From: Pelomyxa schiedti
Lineage: Eukaryota; Protista; Evosea
Direction of reading: 5' to 3'
Assembly (NCBI GenBank): GCA_020536535.1
Contig: JAHLWZ010000294.1
Span: 1 to 52,111 of the forward strand
Length of the DNA stretch: 52,111 nt
Part shown: one piece after another, positions 27,501 through 38,599 of the stretch
Layout of the letters: each line of letters starts with the position of its first letter
Numbering within the stretch: position 1 is the first letter of the stretch
Translations under genes and position numbers: made by a program
Notes under the pieces: model-generated
What the model was told of the DNA's origin: nothing
What the model saw: the letters and a program-made list of their open reading frames with translations, nothing else
Database searches by the model: none

Positions 27501-28011
27501 AGCAGATAGCACAATATGGGCAGTGACTACATGCGGAACAGTTGTCTGCTGGGATGTATTCTTTGACAGCCGGTGCCGTGCTATGTTTGTACCACAGAGC
27601 ACGTTCAAGACTCCACCTGGAGTCATTTGCACACTCACATCCAGCTGCACCTCATCCCTCCAGGCACTACTATCAACCAATTCGAATTCCAACAGCAGCC
27701 CCACTGCATTAGAAAACACCGGCAACACCGCTGATGATTCTGATTCCATCACCCCCTCAGCCGGCAATTCACCGGACTCATCCTCCCAAGTCCACCATCA
27801 CATTGTTGTCCTAGGCACATTCGAGGGCTACATGCTGATATGGGATGCGCAGGCACACACACTACTATCCCGTACCAAGGCTCCCAAGGGGAACCGCATC
27901 ACATCAGTGTGTGTGCAGTCATCACAGTCTGCTGAGGCCGACACCTGTAGAGGTGTATGTATTATAGCAACAAGCTTCAAGGATCCAGTTGTTGGACTGT
28001 GGTGTTTCTAA
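15588..28011 (+). CDS. Giant Roco protein: N-terminal helical region, atypical kinase-like domain, LRRs, ankyrin-like repeat, Roc GTPase, COR, TKL kinase, WD40-like C-terminus (multi-exon)
   Basis: Roc: KLLVVGDQAVGKTT, ATDGI, WDLGGQ, LVGTHMD. COR: FLANAGAIIHF, VVLDPRWL, LLQKFEI, FIPIGFFSRLMVR. Kinase: GGFGSV, VAIK, HSDLHAGN, IADFG, APE, DVWSFG. One-repeat-per-exon RNI-like LRRs at about 20780-21700. Two small 5' exons from ATG 15588 join in phase to the 1545-aa ORF (start less certain). Confidence 0.9.
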
Positions 28012-28174
28012 AAACTAATGAACTTTTGACCGTTAGTGTAACTGCTTGAGGAAAAAAAAAAGTGCTTTTTTTTTCTTGTATAGAAAAGTTTTACAAATGT
28101 TTTACAATGAATTGTGTCAATAGCTCTCTTCCAAGGATTCCAGCAAGAGAAATACTGTACGTCAATGAGAAGGA

Positions 28175-29315
28175 CTAGAATTGTACGAAGTTGGTGAACA
28201 TACTTTTTGAGAGCATATCACTTGCCTTCTCAATGGAAGGACTATAAACAGAAGGGTCCCGATTTTTCGCCAAAACAACGAGAAGCCACGTACCACCTTG
28301 TCCAGCTCCACCTACTTTATGAGCCTCAAAGCGGTGGCTCCCCATTTCCATGGTAAAATGTTGCACTTGGTCATCACCAGTGACAGAGTCAACTTGAAAA
28401 ATTATGTTAAAAACGGTCAAGAAGAGAGCACCTACATAAATTGTCGGACAGCATCCTCATACGCTCGAAGTTTGCTACTAACCTGTAATCGTATAAGCTA
28501 AGCGTTAAGTGACCAAAATAAATACTCGATGAGGCCTTCAACAGAACCAGAGCTAATCTTCGTTTCACCTGTAACCACAATTGTATTCAATACCCCCTCC
28601 GTGCTTCTCACTAAAACGCAGTGTTAAGAGGAGAAAATCAATCAAGTGACTCACATTGTGTCAAAACATCGGGTATTGTTCCCCGAAGAGCTTCGAGAAT
28701 CTTATTCGAGTAGGTTGAAAATGCATTCAGGCTGGCCGGATGTGAAAAATTGACATTTGGGAAGGCTTCCACAAAGCTATTAAGAAGCTGAGAAGCAATT
28801 ACTTGACCAAATTCTGGCCCCTGCAAAACAGAAAAATAACAAATATAGTTTAAGTGAGAACAGGGAATTAATAAAGCTCAAAAACCATACATCGCTATCA
28901 TCATGAAATAGCACACATTGCAAGTCAATAGAAGGATTGGCAACAGTGCTAATTGCAACTGGCAAGCAAAAAGTCAGATACGAGCGATACACGGAGGGCG
29001 TGTCGACGTACTGTCATTTTCCAAAGAAATGAACGTAAAATTCATTCCCGTAGCATTCTTGGAGAATACTTGCACAGCAGACACCAATGCCGCTATCATA
29101 GTTTTCTAATGAATACCAACACAACATGAGATCACGATAGGGACTTAATTATTAAAATTTATGAACAACTTCGAAAACACGAAACGAAAATTGCGGGGAG
29201 AGGGTGTCCGGCAACTAGTGCCACAAACTTTTGTTTCCAGAGGGGCCAAAGGCACCCAAACTTTCTCGAACAGCAGCACCCCATTAGCCGTGATTATCAG
29301 CACGGACTTTAGCAT
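28175..29315 (-). CDS. Longin-like domain protein with second alpha/beta domain (multi-exon), function unknown
   Basis: MLKSVLIITANGVLLFEKVW...MIAALVSAVQVFSKNATG...LQCVLFHDDSDGPEFGQVIASQLLNSFVEAF follows the longin/sigma-adaptin pattern. Confidence 0.6.
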
Positions 29316-29560
29316 TTTTAAAACAATTAGCACTGAGCTATCCAGGATGTTGTACCTCGGTCAAAGTCCGTCTGGAGGACCACTTGACCACTGGCCGTTG
29401 CTCATTGCACCTATTATCCTCCCAGTGGGGGTGTGATTCTGATAGGAGAAGATCCAGGGCAGATCATATTAATCACGCAATTTCGATTTTTTTAAAAATC
29501 TTGTTGTTGGTGCCGGTGGGAAGTAGTCATCGACGTAAGACAAAGGAGAATACACGAAAC

Positions 29561-30232
29561 ATGTCTCTCACTAAGGAGCAGTTCGCACAAATTGTCGATT
29601 TGTCTGTAAGACAAGCAGAGCAGTTTGTCAAGGTTTTTTTTTTTCTCCCTTTTTTTTCTTCAAAGCCTTTCTACGTTACCCTAACTCTCGTACTAATTCC
29701 ATTTTAGCAAATGTATTACCCTCTGTTTGATTTTGCGAGACATGTAAGAGACCTCTTTCCTTTTGTTTATTTGAATCATACTTATATTATTGGAACATTC
29801 AAAAGCAGTTTAGATGCGTCTAACATACCACAGAATTTGCAGAGCTTCTATTTTGCCCAAAGTACACTGCAATGGAATGGCACTCGCAAAACGGGACAGG
29901 AAATCTATCCGTTCCTTCTATCTCTGCCTCCAACAAACCATAATCTTTCATCCCTTGATGTGCACCCGATTTTTGTGGGTATGCCTGATCCCTCATTTTA
30001 CTTTCTTCGGTTCCTCCGTAATAAATCATATGGATTGTCATTATATATGTGTCACACTCATCAGTTCACGACAGATAGCAATCCCACTAAGAACCTGCTA
30101 GTTCGTGTTGCTGGAACAGTCCGTTTCACCACCAACTCAAATTCTCCACGAAACTTCAGCCACACCTTCATAATCACAGAGGTGAATGGCACTTCATTCA
30201 TTGCTGACGAATGCTACCGCCATGAGTACTGA
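29561..30232 (+). CDS. NXT1: NTF2-related export protein (NXT1/p15-like) (multi-exon)
   Basis: AEQFVK..YYPLFD..LQSFY..STLQWNG..FLLSLPPTNHNLSSLDVHPI..LLVRVAGTVRF..RNFSHTF..IADECYR. Confidence 0.8.
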
Positions 30233-30579
30233 GAGAAATCACGAATACTAGTAGTGTTATACTGTAGCTAGTGCATTCCACCCTCCTTTATTCTGATTCA
30301 CGCTTCCGATCACTCCATAATACCATGGCCAATTTTTTTTTTTTAAAAAAAACATTTCTTATCCTCTTTCAGTAAGAACTCGTAACTCTCTAAACGGTTT
30401 AGGTGGTCACGTGTCGACTCCCCGGGCTTCGGGGCAGTTTGTCCAGGTGGGGTGGGTGCCTTGGAGGAGACTTGTCTGTTTGCGATGAGAAAATGGGTTA
30501 CCAAACTGGCATTTTCGGGAATCCAGGTTGAATTTTTTATTTCGGTGCTTCGCCGTTCGTCGGTGAACATCCTGGACAA

Positions 30580-32051
30580 ATGCCTTCAACCGAGGAGACT
30601 GCCTTCGTCCCGGTGACTTGTGTGATCCCGTCGCGCTCGGTTCCGGCCCAGTTCCACGCGCTGTTGATGATGGCCCACCCTCGCTGTGGCCGTGGGCACC
30701 CGGGGGCCGCGCCCGCGGCCGTGGCCGCTGCGCCCCGCCCGGCGACCCCGCGGCCATCTCGCCGTCGTGGCTGGCCGTCTCGATCAAGCTCGTGTGGGAC
30801 TGGGTCCTGCACGAGGCCCCCGTCAGGCTCCTCGACGTGCGGCGAGACGACGTGTACCGGTGCCCGTGCCCGCGGGGCGGCGGCGGCGGCCGCAGGCACC
30901 CCGAGGCCCTGTTCACCCTCGCGGTGTCCGCGGCCACCCTGGGCGTCGTGCCCGGGCTCACCCGCCACTGGGCGCGGGACACCCTCGGGGTCTGCCGGGG
31001 GCTCGTCGGGGCCAACGGCTCGCTGCTGCTGGAGTGGGTCGACGCGGGGCTGTGGCCGTCGCCGCCGCCGTTGCCGGCCTCCAGGGGCGACGGGGTGGTG
31101 TGCTGCACCTTTAGGCAGAGCCAGCAGTCGCATGCGGATTGTGGGAGGTGTGAGCTGGGCGAGGGGTGTGACAACAAGGTCCTCCTGCACAGGATCGATG
31201 CTGCCACTCGCGTGGCATCGAATCACAAGTGGATTGTGGTCAGCGACTGGCAGTGGCCTAAGGTGGTCATTGTGAACCTGATGATGTTGGTGAGCAGGGC
31301 AATGCCGCAGCCAGAGGTACAACAGAGACAGGCTGTGGAAAGTCTGGCCAAGGCGATTCCAGCCAAGCACCAGGTTGATGCAACCTTGGATAAGTATCAC
31401 AGCGATGAGGCACTGGTTACTTTGAGAGCTGACGGTGTGTGGGACGTAATCGACGCTTGCGTCATCGATCTTGCACACACGTGGGCTTCTGAGGATGGAA
31501 CATTCAGTCCGATCAGTGTAACACACTGCTTGATTCCAAGGCGTGCACACTGGTCCTCCGGGTCCAAGTTACTGGTGATGTGGACAGAAGAGCACAAGAG
31601 GGCTTTCATCATCCTTGTGCCTGATTCAGATAGCTCGGCGTGCGTTCTGCATTATGCTGAAGCAGAATCTGGTGGACCTGCAACACCAGTTCGCAATCAG
31701 GAGGTTCTCCATTCATCTCACTACGAAAGTACCAGGGTTGAACTGTCACAGCTGAGCGAGAGGCTGTACTGCATTTCAAGGCACCACCACGCCATCCCCC
31801 AAACGCAAACAGTCGAAATCTGGGACTGCAACATGCCATCCTGCGCTCTGAGGAGCATTGCACACAACGAAAACGCCTGCCAGCTGGTCTATGGCCATTA
31901 TGGTTTCCTGTTCCTGGTGTGCGGTGACCGTATTTTGGTCAGCGACTATTATTCTGGCACAAACGTGGCTGTTCTCACTTGCAAGGCGCCTGACGGAAAA
32001 GGCAATAAGAAGTTCAAGATGGACTACACCGACCTGTCCTTTCTGCTGTGA
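30580..32051 (+). CDS. Lineage-specific hypothetical protein with an apparent frameshift near 30700
   Basis: A 477-aa open frame (30618-32051) lacks an AUG near its start. The ATG-initiated frame at 30580 (AQFHALLMMAHPRCG) looks like the real N-terminus but is a different frame. No domain recognised. Confidence 0.5.
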
Positions 32052-32164
32052 TTGATTGTCGAGAGGAAGGAGATCCACTGCTTTTCTTCTTCGCCTGACT
32101 CTAGAATAAACAAACAGGGAACAAAAGAGATATTTTTGTTGCGAGGATGGCAGGACAGTCATTT

Positions 32165-34336
32165 CTATGCAGTTGTGGAGTTGTTGTAGAGGACGTTGTT
32201 GAGGTTGGCAATATTGAGGATCCAGGTGTTCCCATAGTTTACTGGTGTCTGGCACATCATGTGGTGTCCATTGTAGTTTGTGCAGGTCACACCAGTTACT
32301 GTGATGTCTGTGTTCAGCTATTTGCATGTGAGTGGTGCGGAATCGGAGTGAGCGAGTCTTCATTATTAATTGGATGCATTTTTCTATTCTTATTTGTTTG
32401 TTTTTTTTGAAGGTTTTACCTTAAACTCGATATCAAGCTCCCCATAAGGATTTACAAGGTCGGATTCAGCCTTGGCGTTTTAGAGTAAATTCAGTAAGTG
32501 AATTTGATGGATGTACCGTCCACATGACAGAGTCATGGGTTTGGCTGGTATATCGTGAAAGATTAGGCGTCTGCTTCAGTGTGCAGGGGTCCCATGGCTC
32601 TCTTAATTACCGATTCAGCCAATTAGATCGCGAGCGAATAGGATAATGTACGAATAGTATATTTCCCAGTCTGCTCCATATGTGTCGAGATCGTGGAGTG
32701 AAGCATCCACTGGCCAGCTCTCGTAATACTTCCAACTTCCCCGTCTGGCAACAGCATCAGATGTTTCCTGGCCATAGTTTAAACCCCGCATTTTTAGGAA
32801 AAGAAGGCAAGCCATACAACTGTGGACCAGTCGGTAATGTCTGTCGAGTACGAATACGAGGAGGTGAACGACTCTGTGGATCCAAAGGACCAACCCTTGG
32901 AAGTGCATTCCCCATTGAATCCAAGAGAAAACGTTTTCTGAAACAGCGGTTAGTGGATGAAAAGAATGGTTGGGAATTTACGGAAGAGGAATCAGTGATG
33001 GTCTACATATCAGGAAAAGTGAATTTGGCATGAAACAAAATTTTGGAGGATGGAGAGCTAGTTACCTCTGTCTGTCCGTCAACGTGAACGTTGTTTTGTG
33101 TTGGTGGTTGACTGAAGCTCCAATAAAACCCATCACTTGTGCCAAAAGTTGGAGTGCCCTCCATTGCAACTTCCTGCAGCACCAATGTGAGGTTGTTTGG
33201 AACAAAATGCCAGTTTGCAGCCTACCAAGTTCGAAATATACATTCCATCTGCGTTGTATAAATCGTCTATTACTGTATTTGGCGTATGAAGACCATCAAG
33301 AAGTGAATATACGAGGAAGGCTACTGGGGCAGACTGGCAGAGAGCAAGGGGAAACAAAAAATTAAGAAAACAATTTTGCTGATTACGAGAGGAATTGAAG
33401 TACTTGTAAATACAGGTACCAGTAGACCAAGGTCTCAGAATTCATAATTTGGTTCTTGAATGGGAGGTTATCATCAGTGCAAGACACATCAAATGATTGT
33501 ATCACAGAATGTTCATATGCTTGATAGCACGACCCCTTGTGTCACGTAAGGGGGAATAATAAAAAGAAACCTTTCCCAGAATATCTGTGCATGGGAGCTT
33601 ACATTGGGAGGGACCATGCTGTTATAGTCGTCACCCAAAAAAGCATCGCAGGCAGGACCATCCACAGCACAAAACTTCAAGTACTCCCTGACTCTTTGGT
33701 CCACTGCCTTGTTAAAGAATTAGACAGCATTGTACCCCCAAAAAGCCCAGGGCATAAAACCGTTCAAACTCCCACACTTATTCATTCATAGGCACACCAC
33801 CAACAAAAGGGCTAACCTAAGCAAGCAAATACAAATAGTAGTAATTAACAACAACACAATATAACAAAACGGATCCAGAGTCCGCTCTTCAGCTCTGAAA
33901 GAGTACCCAAGTCACAACAAAACAAACACAATATACAATATGTTGCGGTTACCTTGTTCACAGAGTCCCTCTCGGCCTGGGACGCCTCGGGCCTCAGCGC
34001 GGGGGCCTCGATTATCCTCCAGTGGCGCTGGCGGCCCCCGGCGGCGTCGTGCCTGTCCACGAAGTAGGCCTCGCTGGGGCCCCGCGGCCGCAGCCCCACC
34101 CCCGCCTGCCTCGCGAACCCCGCGTGGGCCTCCTCGCCCGGCACCCCACGCAGCAGCACGGGACGCCCCTCCGCCCCCGCCCGCCTCGCCGCCTCGGCCA
34201 GCATCTCGCCCCGCTGCGCCTCGCTCTGCCCGGGCTTGAACTCCACCACCGTGAGGACGTCGCGCTCGCCCGCGCCCCGCGTTGCCGCGACAACCGTAGC
34301 GAGTAGCAGCACCACGAGAACCGCTGGGAGTTCCAT
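32165..34336 (-). CDS. Secreted leukocidin/Vibrio cytolysin-like beta-pore-forming protein (multi-exon)
   Basis: Signal peptide MELPAVLVVLLLATVVAA. Spliced core ...SQPPTQNNVHVDGQTE|TITDSSS|KTFSLGFNGECTSKGWSFGSTESFTSSYSYSTDITDWSTV|ETSD..GSWKYYESWPVD..TPNLSRYTSQTHDSVMWT.. ends NNSTTA*. GT-AG introns give a continuous frame. The family call is from pattern recognition. Confidence 0.6.
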
Positions 34337-34835
34337 CACTTTTCGTCTAATAACGCTGTACCACGGGTTCGTTTTGAAAACACAGCCCAATTTCCAAGTT
34401 CTTTTTTACAGCTGTGGGTAACATTGCTTTCAGATGTATTCATAGTGAGCCCCTCAACTTCATCCCTGCTATTACCTTGCACATGTGGGTGGAAAACCGA
34501 AGAAGTAGGTGTAATTCCCTTGTCAGTGGAATGTTCGGGCCGATTACTGATTTCAGCGAACTTTATTCTCTTCGGAGCCACCAATGGCTTTCGTACAAAG
34601 CACTGCAACAGTCATTTCACCACTTCAGAAGAGTGTTGTTGGGAATGATGAATCTCAAACACAAGTCTTTGAGGTACCTCTTTTTTGGCCTTCGCGTTCT
34701 GCTCCGTCTTAACCAGCTTGCAAAATAACTTTTTTTTTTTGCACCTTGTTACGAATTTACCCAACAATATTGAATCAGCAAACACATTCAGTGATTTCTG
34801 TGAGGAGTGTGAGTGCTTGCACAAGAAGAAACGAG

Positions 34836-36343
34836 ATGATGATGGAAGCACTTTTGCAGTTGCAAGTGGGAAACATTGACTCTGCCCTTGCTCTTGTTGC
34901 AAACGCATTCTCCTTGTTCGAATCTGAGATCAACAGCTTCAATCGCGGTCGTGCGTGTATGTGAGAATGTTCCTTTTGTGCCTTTCTCCATTTCGTTTTC
35001 ATCCCAACCCAACACACAAATCAGGGGAATCATCACGTCGTCAGTGGGATTACCTCCCTGCTCTGTTGTTCATTACTTGTCTCCGTTGTGTAATTGATGA
35101 CCATGTGGCACTTCATCAACACATTCCAACATGCCTGTCTATGTCATGCTCTCGTGCCCTCTCCTCCACGACAATGGAACTGAGAACACATTTCATGCAG
35201 GTGTTGAAGGTCATCAACGAAATCAACGAAACAAACACAACGGATGTTGTTTCAGAATGGGACGACCTTGTATCAAGAGCATCATTGAGAGGCAACGTTG
35301 ATCATCATCAACAACAATCAGTAATCACAGCCGGAACAACAAGCTCGGCAGAACAATCGTGGTCTTGCATGTACTTTGTTGCCCTCTGGATGTTGTATTG
35401 CCATTCAGATAACCCACCAAAAGCCCACGGTTCATCGGCATCACACATTTTTGGTGAAATGAGTTCATCACATGACGTAGGCACCAGTGCCGTTGTGGAA
35501 TTAACCTGTTCCGTGGGTCTGATTCGCTGGTGTACCTCCTCTGTCACATCTCTGGGCATCTGTTATGATCATGGTGTGGGTGGCGTTGAGAAGGACATCC
35601 ACAAGGCAGTGTCACTGTATCAGAGGGCTGCTGATGCTGGTAGTGGTACCGCAATATTCAACCTTGCTGTGTGTTATGACAATGGTGATGGTGTCGAGAA
35701 TGACATTCACAAGGCAGTGATACTGTATCGGCGGGCTGCTGATGCCGGTAATACTATGGCAATGTTCAACCTTGCTGTGTGCTATGAAAATGGGGTTGGT
35801 GTTGACCAGGATCTCAGTGAGGCAGTGAAACTGTACCAGAGGGCTGCTGATGCCGGAAACGTGGAGGCAACTGGCAACCTTGGTTACTGTTATAAAAACG
35901 GCAATGGTGTAGACCTGGATGCCAGCAAGGCAGTTACACTGTATCAGAGGGCCGCCGATGCCGGCAATGCCAACGCAATGAACAACCTTGCTGCGTGTTA
36001 TAGACATGGTGATGGCGTTGAGAAAGACCCTCACAAAGCAGTAGCACTTTACCAAAGGGCTGTTGATTTGGGTAATGCTGCCGCAATGTGCAACCTTGGT
36101 GTGTGTTACTACAATGGTGATGTTGAAAAGGACACTCACAAGGCAGTGACAATGTATCAGAGGGCTGCTGATGCTGGTGAATCCCAGGCACTGTCCAACC
36201 TTGCATGGCGATACTACAATGTAACTGATGGTTTTTCCAAGGACGTTCACCAGGCAATGAGACTGTGGTTGAGGGCTTCCAACCTTGGTCACGTTGGTGC
36301 AACTGCACAACTGAGATTTCTTCAGTCGAAAAGCAACACCTGA
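34836..36343 (+). CDS. Sel1-like repeat protein, copy 1 (7 repeats, one intron about 34957-35024)
   Basis: Repeats of the form AxxNLxxCYxNGxGVExDxxKAVxLYQRAADAG. N-terminus MMMEALLQLQVGNID shared with copy 2. Confidence 0.92.
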
Positions 36344-36779
36344 ACAAATAGAGTTACAAGTGACAGTGTACAACTTATGATGAGGTATTGGGGTGGGCCC
36401 AGATGGTAAGCAACCCTTAGGCCCAGCAGGTGAGGCAAGGGTTTGTTGCTTGAATTGGCACAGAATGTTCTGAGACCCTCATCAATTCACATCACCGGTC
36501 AAATCATTTTTTTGATCAAAGCAGTAGAATGTATTTCATAACAACAACGGGATCATCCCTTGTGACGGCACCTAGTCAGACCGTTGTCGGTAACGAAGAG
36601 TTGCACTCACATGTGTTTGAGGTATTATTATGTTATTTTTGTGTGTTTCCGAAACAGCTTGACAAGGCCCCAATAACACTTTTTTGTCGACGCACCAACA
36701 ACATCCAATCAAGCAAACACATCCAGAGACAGCACGTTCCACTTCTTCTTTGAGTGTGAATCGCACAAGAAGAAACGAG

Positions 36780-38177
36780 ATGATGATGGAGGCACTTTTG
36801 CAGTTGCAAGTGGGAAACATTGACTCTGCCCTTGCTCTTGTTGCGAACGCATTCTCCTTGTTCGAATCTGAGATCAGCAGAATCAGTCATGATTCTGGGG
36901 AATCATCACGTCATCAGTGGGATTACCTCCCTGCTCTGTTGTTCATTCTTTGTCTCCGTTTTACCATCGATGACCATGTGGCACTTCATCAACACATTCC
37001 AACGTGCCTGTCTATGTCATGCTCTCGTGCCCTCTCCTCCACAACAATGGAACTGAGAACACATTGCATGCGTGTGTTGAATGATATCAAGGAAACATCA
37101 GACCAACAGGAGAATCCCAACAACAAAGAATGGAATGACCTCGTATCAAGAGCATCATTGAGAGGCAACGTTGATCATCATCAACAACAATCAGTGATCG
37201 CAGCCACAACAACAAATTCTGCCGAACAGTCGTGGTCTTGCATGTACTTTGTTGCCCTCTGGATGTTGTATTGCCGTTCAGGTGCATCAGCAGCACACAT
37301 ATTTGGTGAATTGAGTTCATCACATTATGCAAGCACCGTGGTCACTTGTTCCGTGGGTCAGATTCGCTGGTGTGCCTCCTCTGTCACATCTCTGGGCATC
37401 TGTTATGATTTTGGTGTTGGTGGTGTTGAAAAGGACATCCACAAGGCAGTGAAACTGTATCAGAGGGCTGCAGACGCTGGTCATTCCACCGCAATGTTCA
37501 ACCTTGGTTGCTGTTACTACAACGGTGAAGGTGTTGGCATGGACATCTGCAAGGCAGTGGCACTGTACCAGAGGGCTGGCGATGCTGGGAATTGCACTGC
37601 CATTAACAACCTTGGTTGCTGTTATGAAAAAGGATATGGTGTTCGCCAGGACACCGGTAAGGCAGTGGAACTGTACAGGAGGGCTGCTGATGCTGGGAAT
37701 TGCACTGCAATGTGTAGCCTTGGTGCGTTTTATCATGATGGCAATGGTGTTGAGAAGGACATTCACAAGGCAGTGACACTGTATCAGAGGGCTGCTGATT
37801 CTGGTGAACCCCAGGCAATGTACAACCTTGGTTGGTGTTTTCAACATGGCACTGGTGTTAACAAGGATGTTCAGAAGGCACTGACACTGCTCCATAAGGC
37901 CGCTGATGCTGGCAATGCTGCTGCAATGTGCAACCTTGGTGTGTGTTACTACAATGGTGATGGTGTTGACAAGGACACTCACAAGGCAGTGACAATGTAT
38001 CAGAGAGCAGCCGATGCTGGTGATGCCATGGGAATGAACAACCTTGCATGGCGATACTACAATGGAACTGATGGTTTTTCCAAGGACATGCACCAGGCAA
38101 TGAGACTGTGGCTGAGGGCTGCTGTCCTTGGTCACGTTGGTGCAACTGCACAAGTTAGACGTCTTCAGGGATTGTAA
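36780..38177 (+). CDS. Sel1-like repeat protein, copy 2 (7 repeats, intronless)
   Basis: Single ORF with 7 Sel1 repeats. Tandem paralog of 34836-36343. Confidence 0.93.
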   Translation: MMMEALLQLQVGNIDSALALVANAFSLFESEISRISHDSGESSRHQWDYLPALLFILCLRFTIDDHVALHQHIPTCLSMSCSRALSSTTMELRTHCMRVLNDIKETSDQQENPNNKEWNDLVSRASLRGNVDHHQQQSVIAATTTNSAEQSWSCMYFVALWMLYCRSGASAAHIFGELSSSHYASTVVTCSVGQIRWCASSVTSLGICYDFGVGGVEKDIHKAVKLYQRAADAGHSTAMFNLGCCYYNGEGVGMDICKAVALYQRAGDAGNCTAINNLGCCYEKGYGVRQDTGKAVELYRRAADAGNCTAMCSLGAFYHDGNGVEKDIHKAVTLYQRAADSGEPQAMYNLGWCFQHGTGVNKDVQKALTLLHKAADAGNAAAMCNLGVCYYNGDGVDKDTHKAVTMYQRAADAGDAMGMNNLAWRYYNGTDGFSKDMHQAMRLWLRAAVLGHVGATAQVRRLQGL

Positions 38178-38292
38178 TTATCTGATAACACAGGAGGTGG
38201 CAACTTGAGGCACACCATCAGCGATAAGCCACAAGCTTCGTGACTTCATTATAACTTGAAAATGATTCTCAATTTGGCTGAATAAAAAAAAC

Positions 38293-38370
38293 ACCGCCGA
38301 TCCTGGTCTGTTGATTATTTTGTCCAGCCATTAAAAAAAACACCAGACCGCCGATCCTGGTCTGTTGATT
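38293..38370. repeat. Short direct repeat, 2 x accgccgatcctggtctgttgatt
   Basis: Two identical about 24-bp copies about 54 bp apart, each preceded by an A-run. Confidence 0.85.
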
Positions 38371-38599
38371 TTTTTATTCCGCCATTTCGTTTTTTTTTGA
38401 TTGGCCAATCTCATTCGCGAAACAACTCTGGCTTCTACACCCGAACTACCGGCGAGTGTGGTGCACCCCAAAGGGCCGCCTGGCGCTACCAGGAGGCCAA
38501 CAAAACAACAGTCCCGTGCCCAGATCGCCCGTTTCGTTCAGACCGTACGTAGTGCCCCCATAATTAACCAACACAACAAAACTGCGCCGCCTTCCGGGG

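Noticed and set aside
30407-31550. Several long overlapping ORFs on both strands
   Set aside because: Stop-codon scarcity in very GC-rich DNA.
35612-38153. Long antisense ORFs over the Sel1 genes
   Set aside because: Shadow frames of repetitive coding sequence.
38293-38370. Possible CRISPR-like array
   Set aside because: Only two units, a eukaryotic context and no cas genes.
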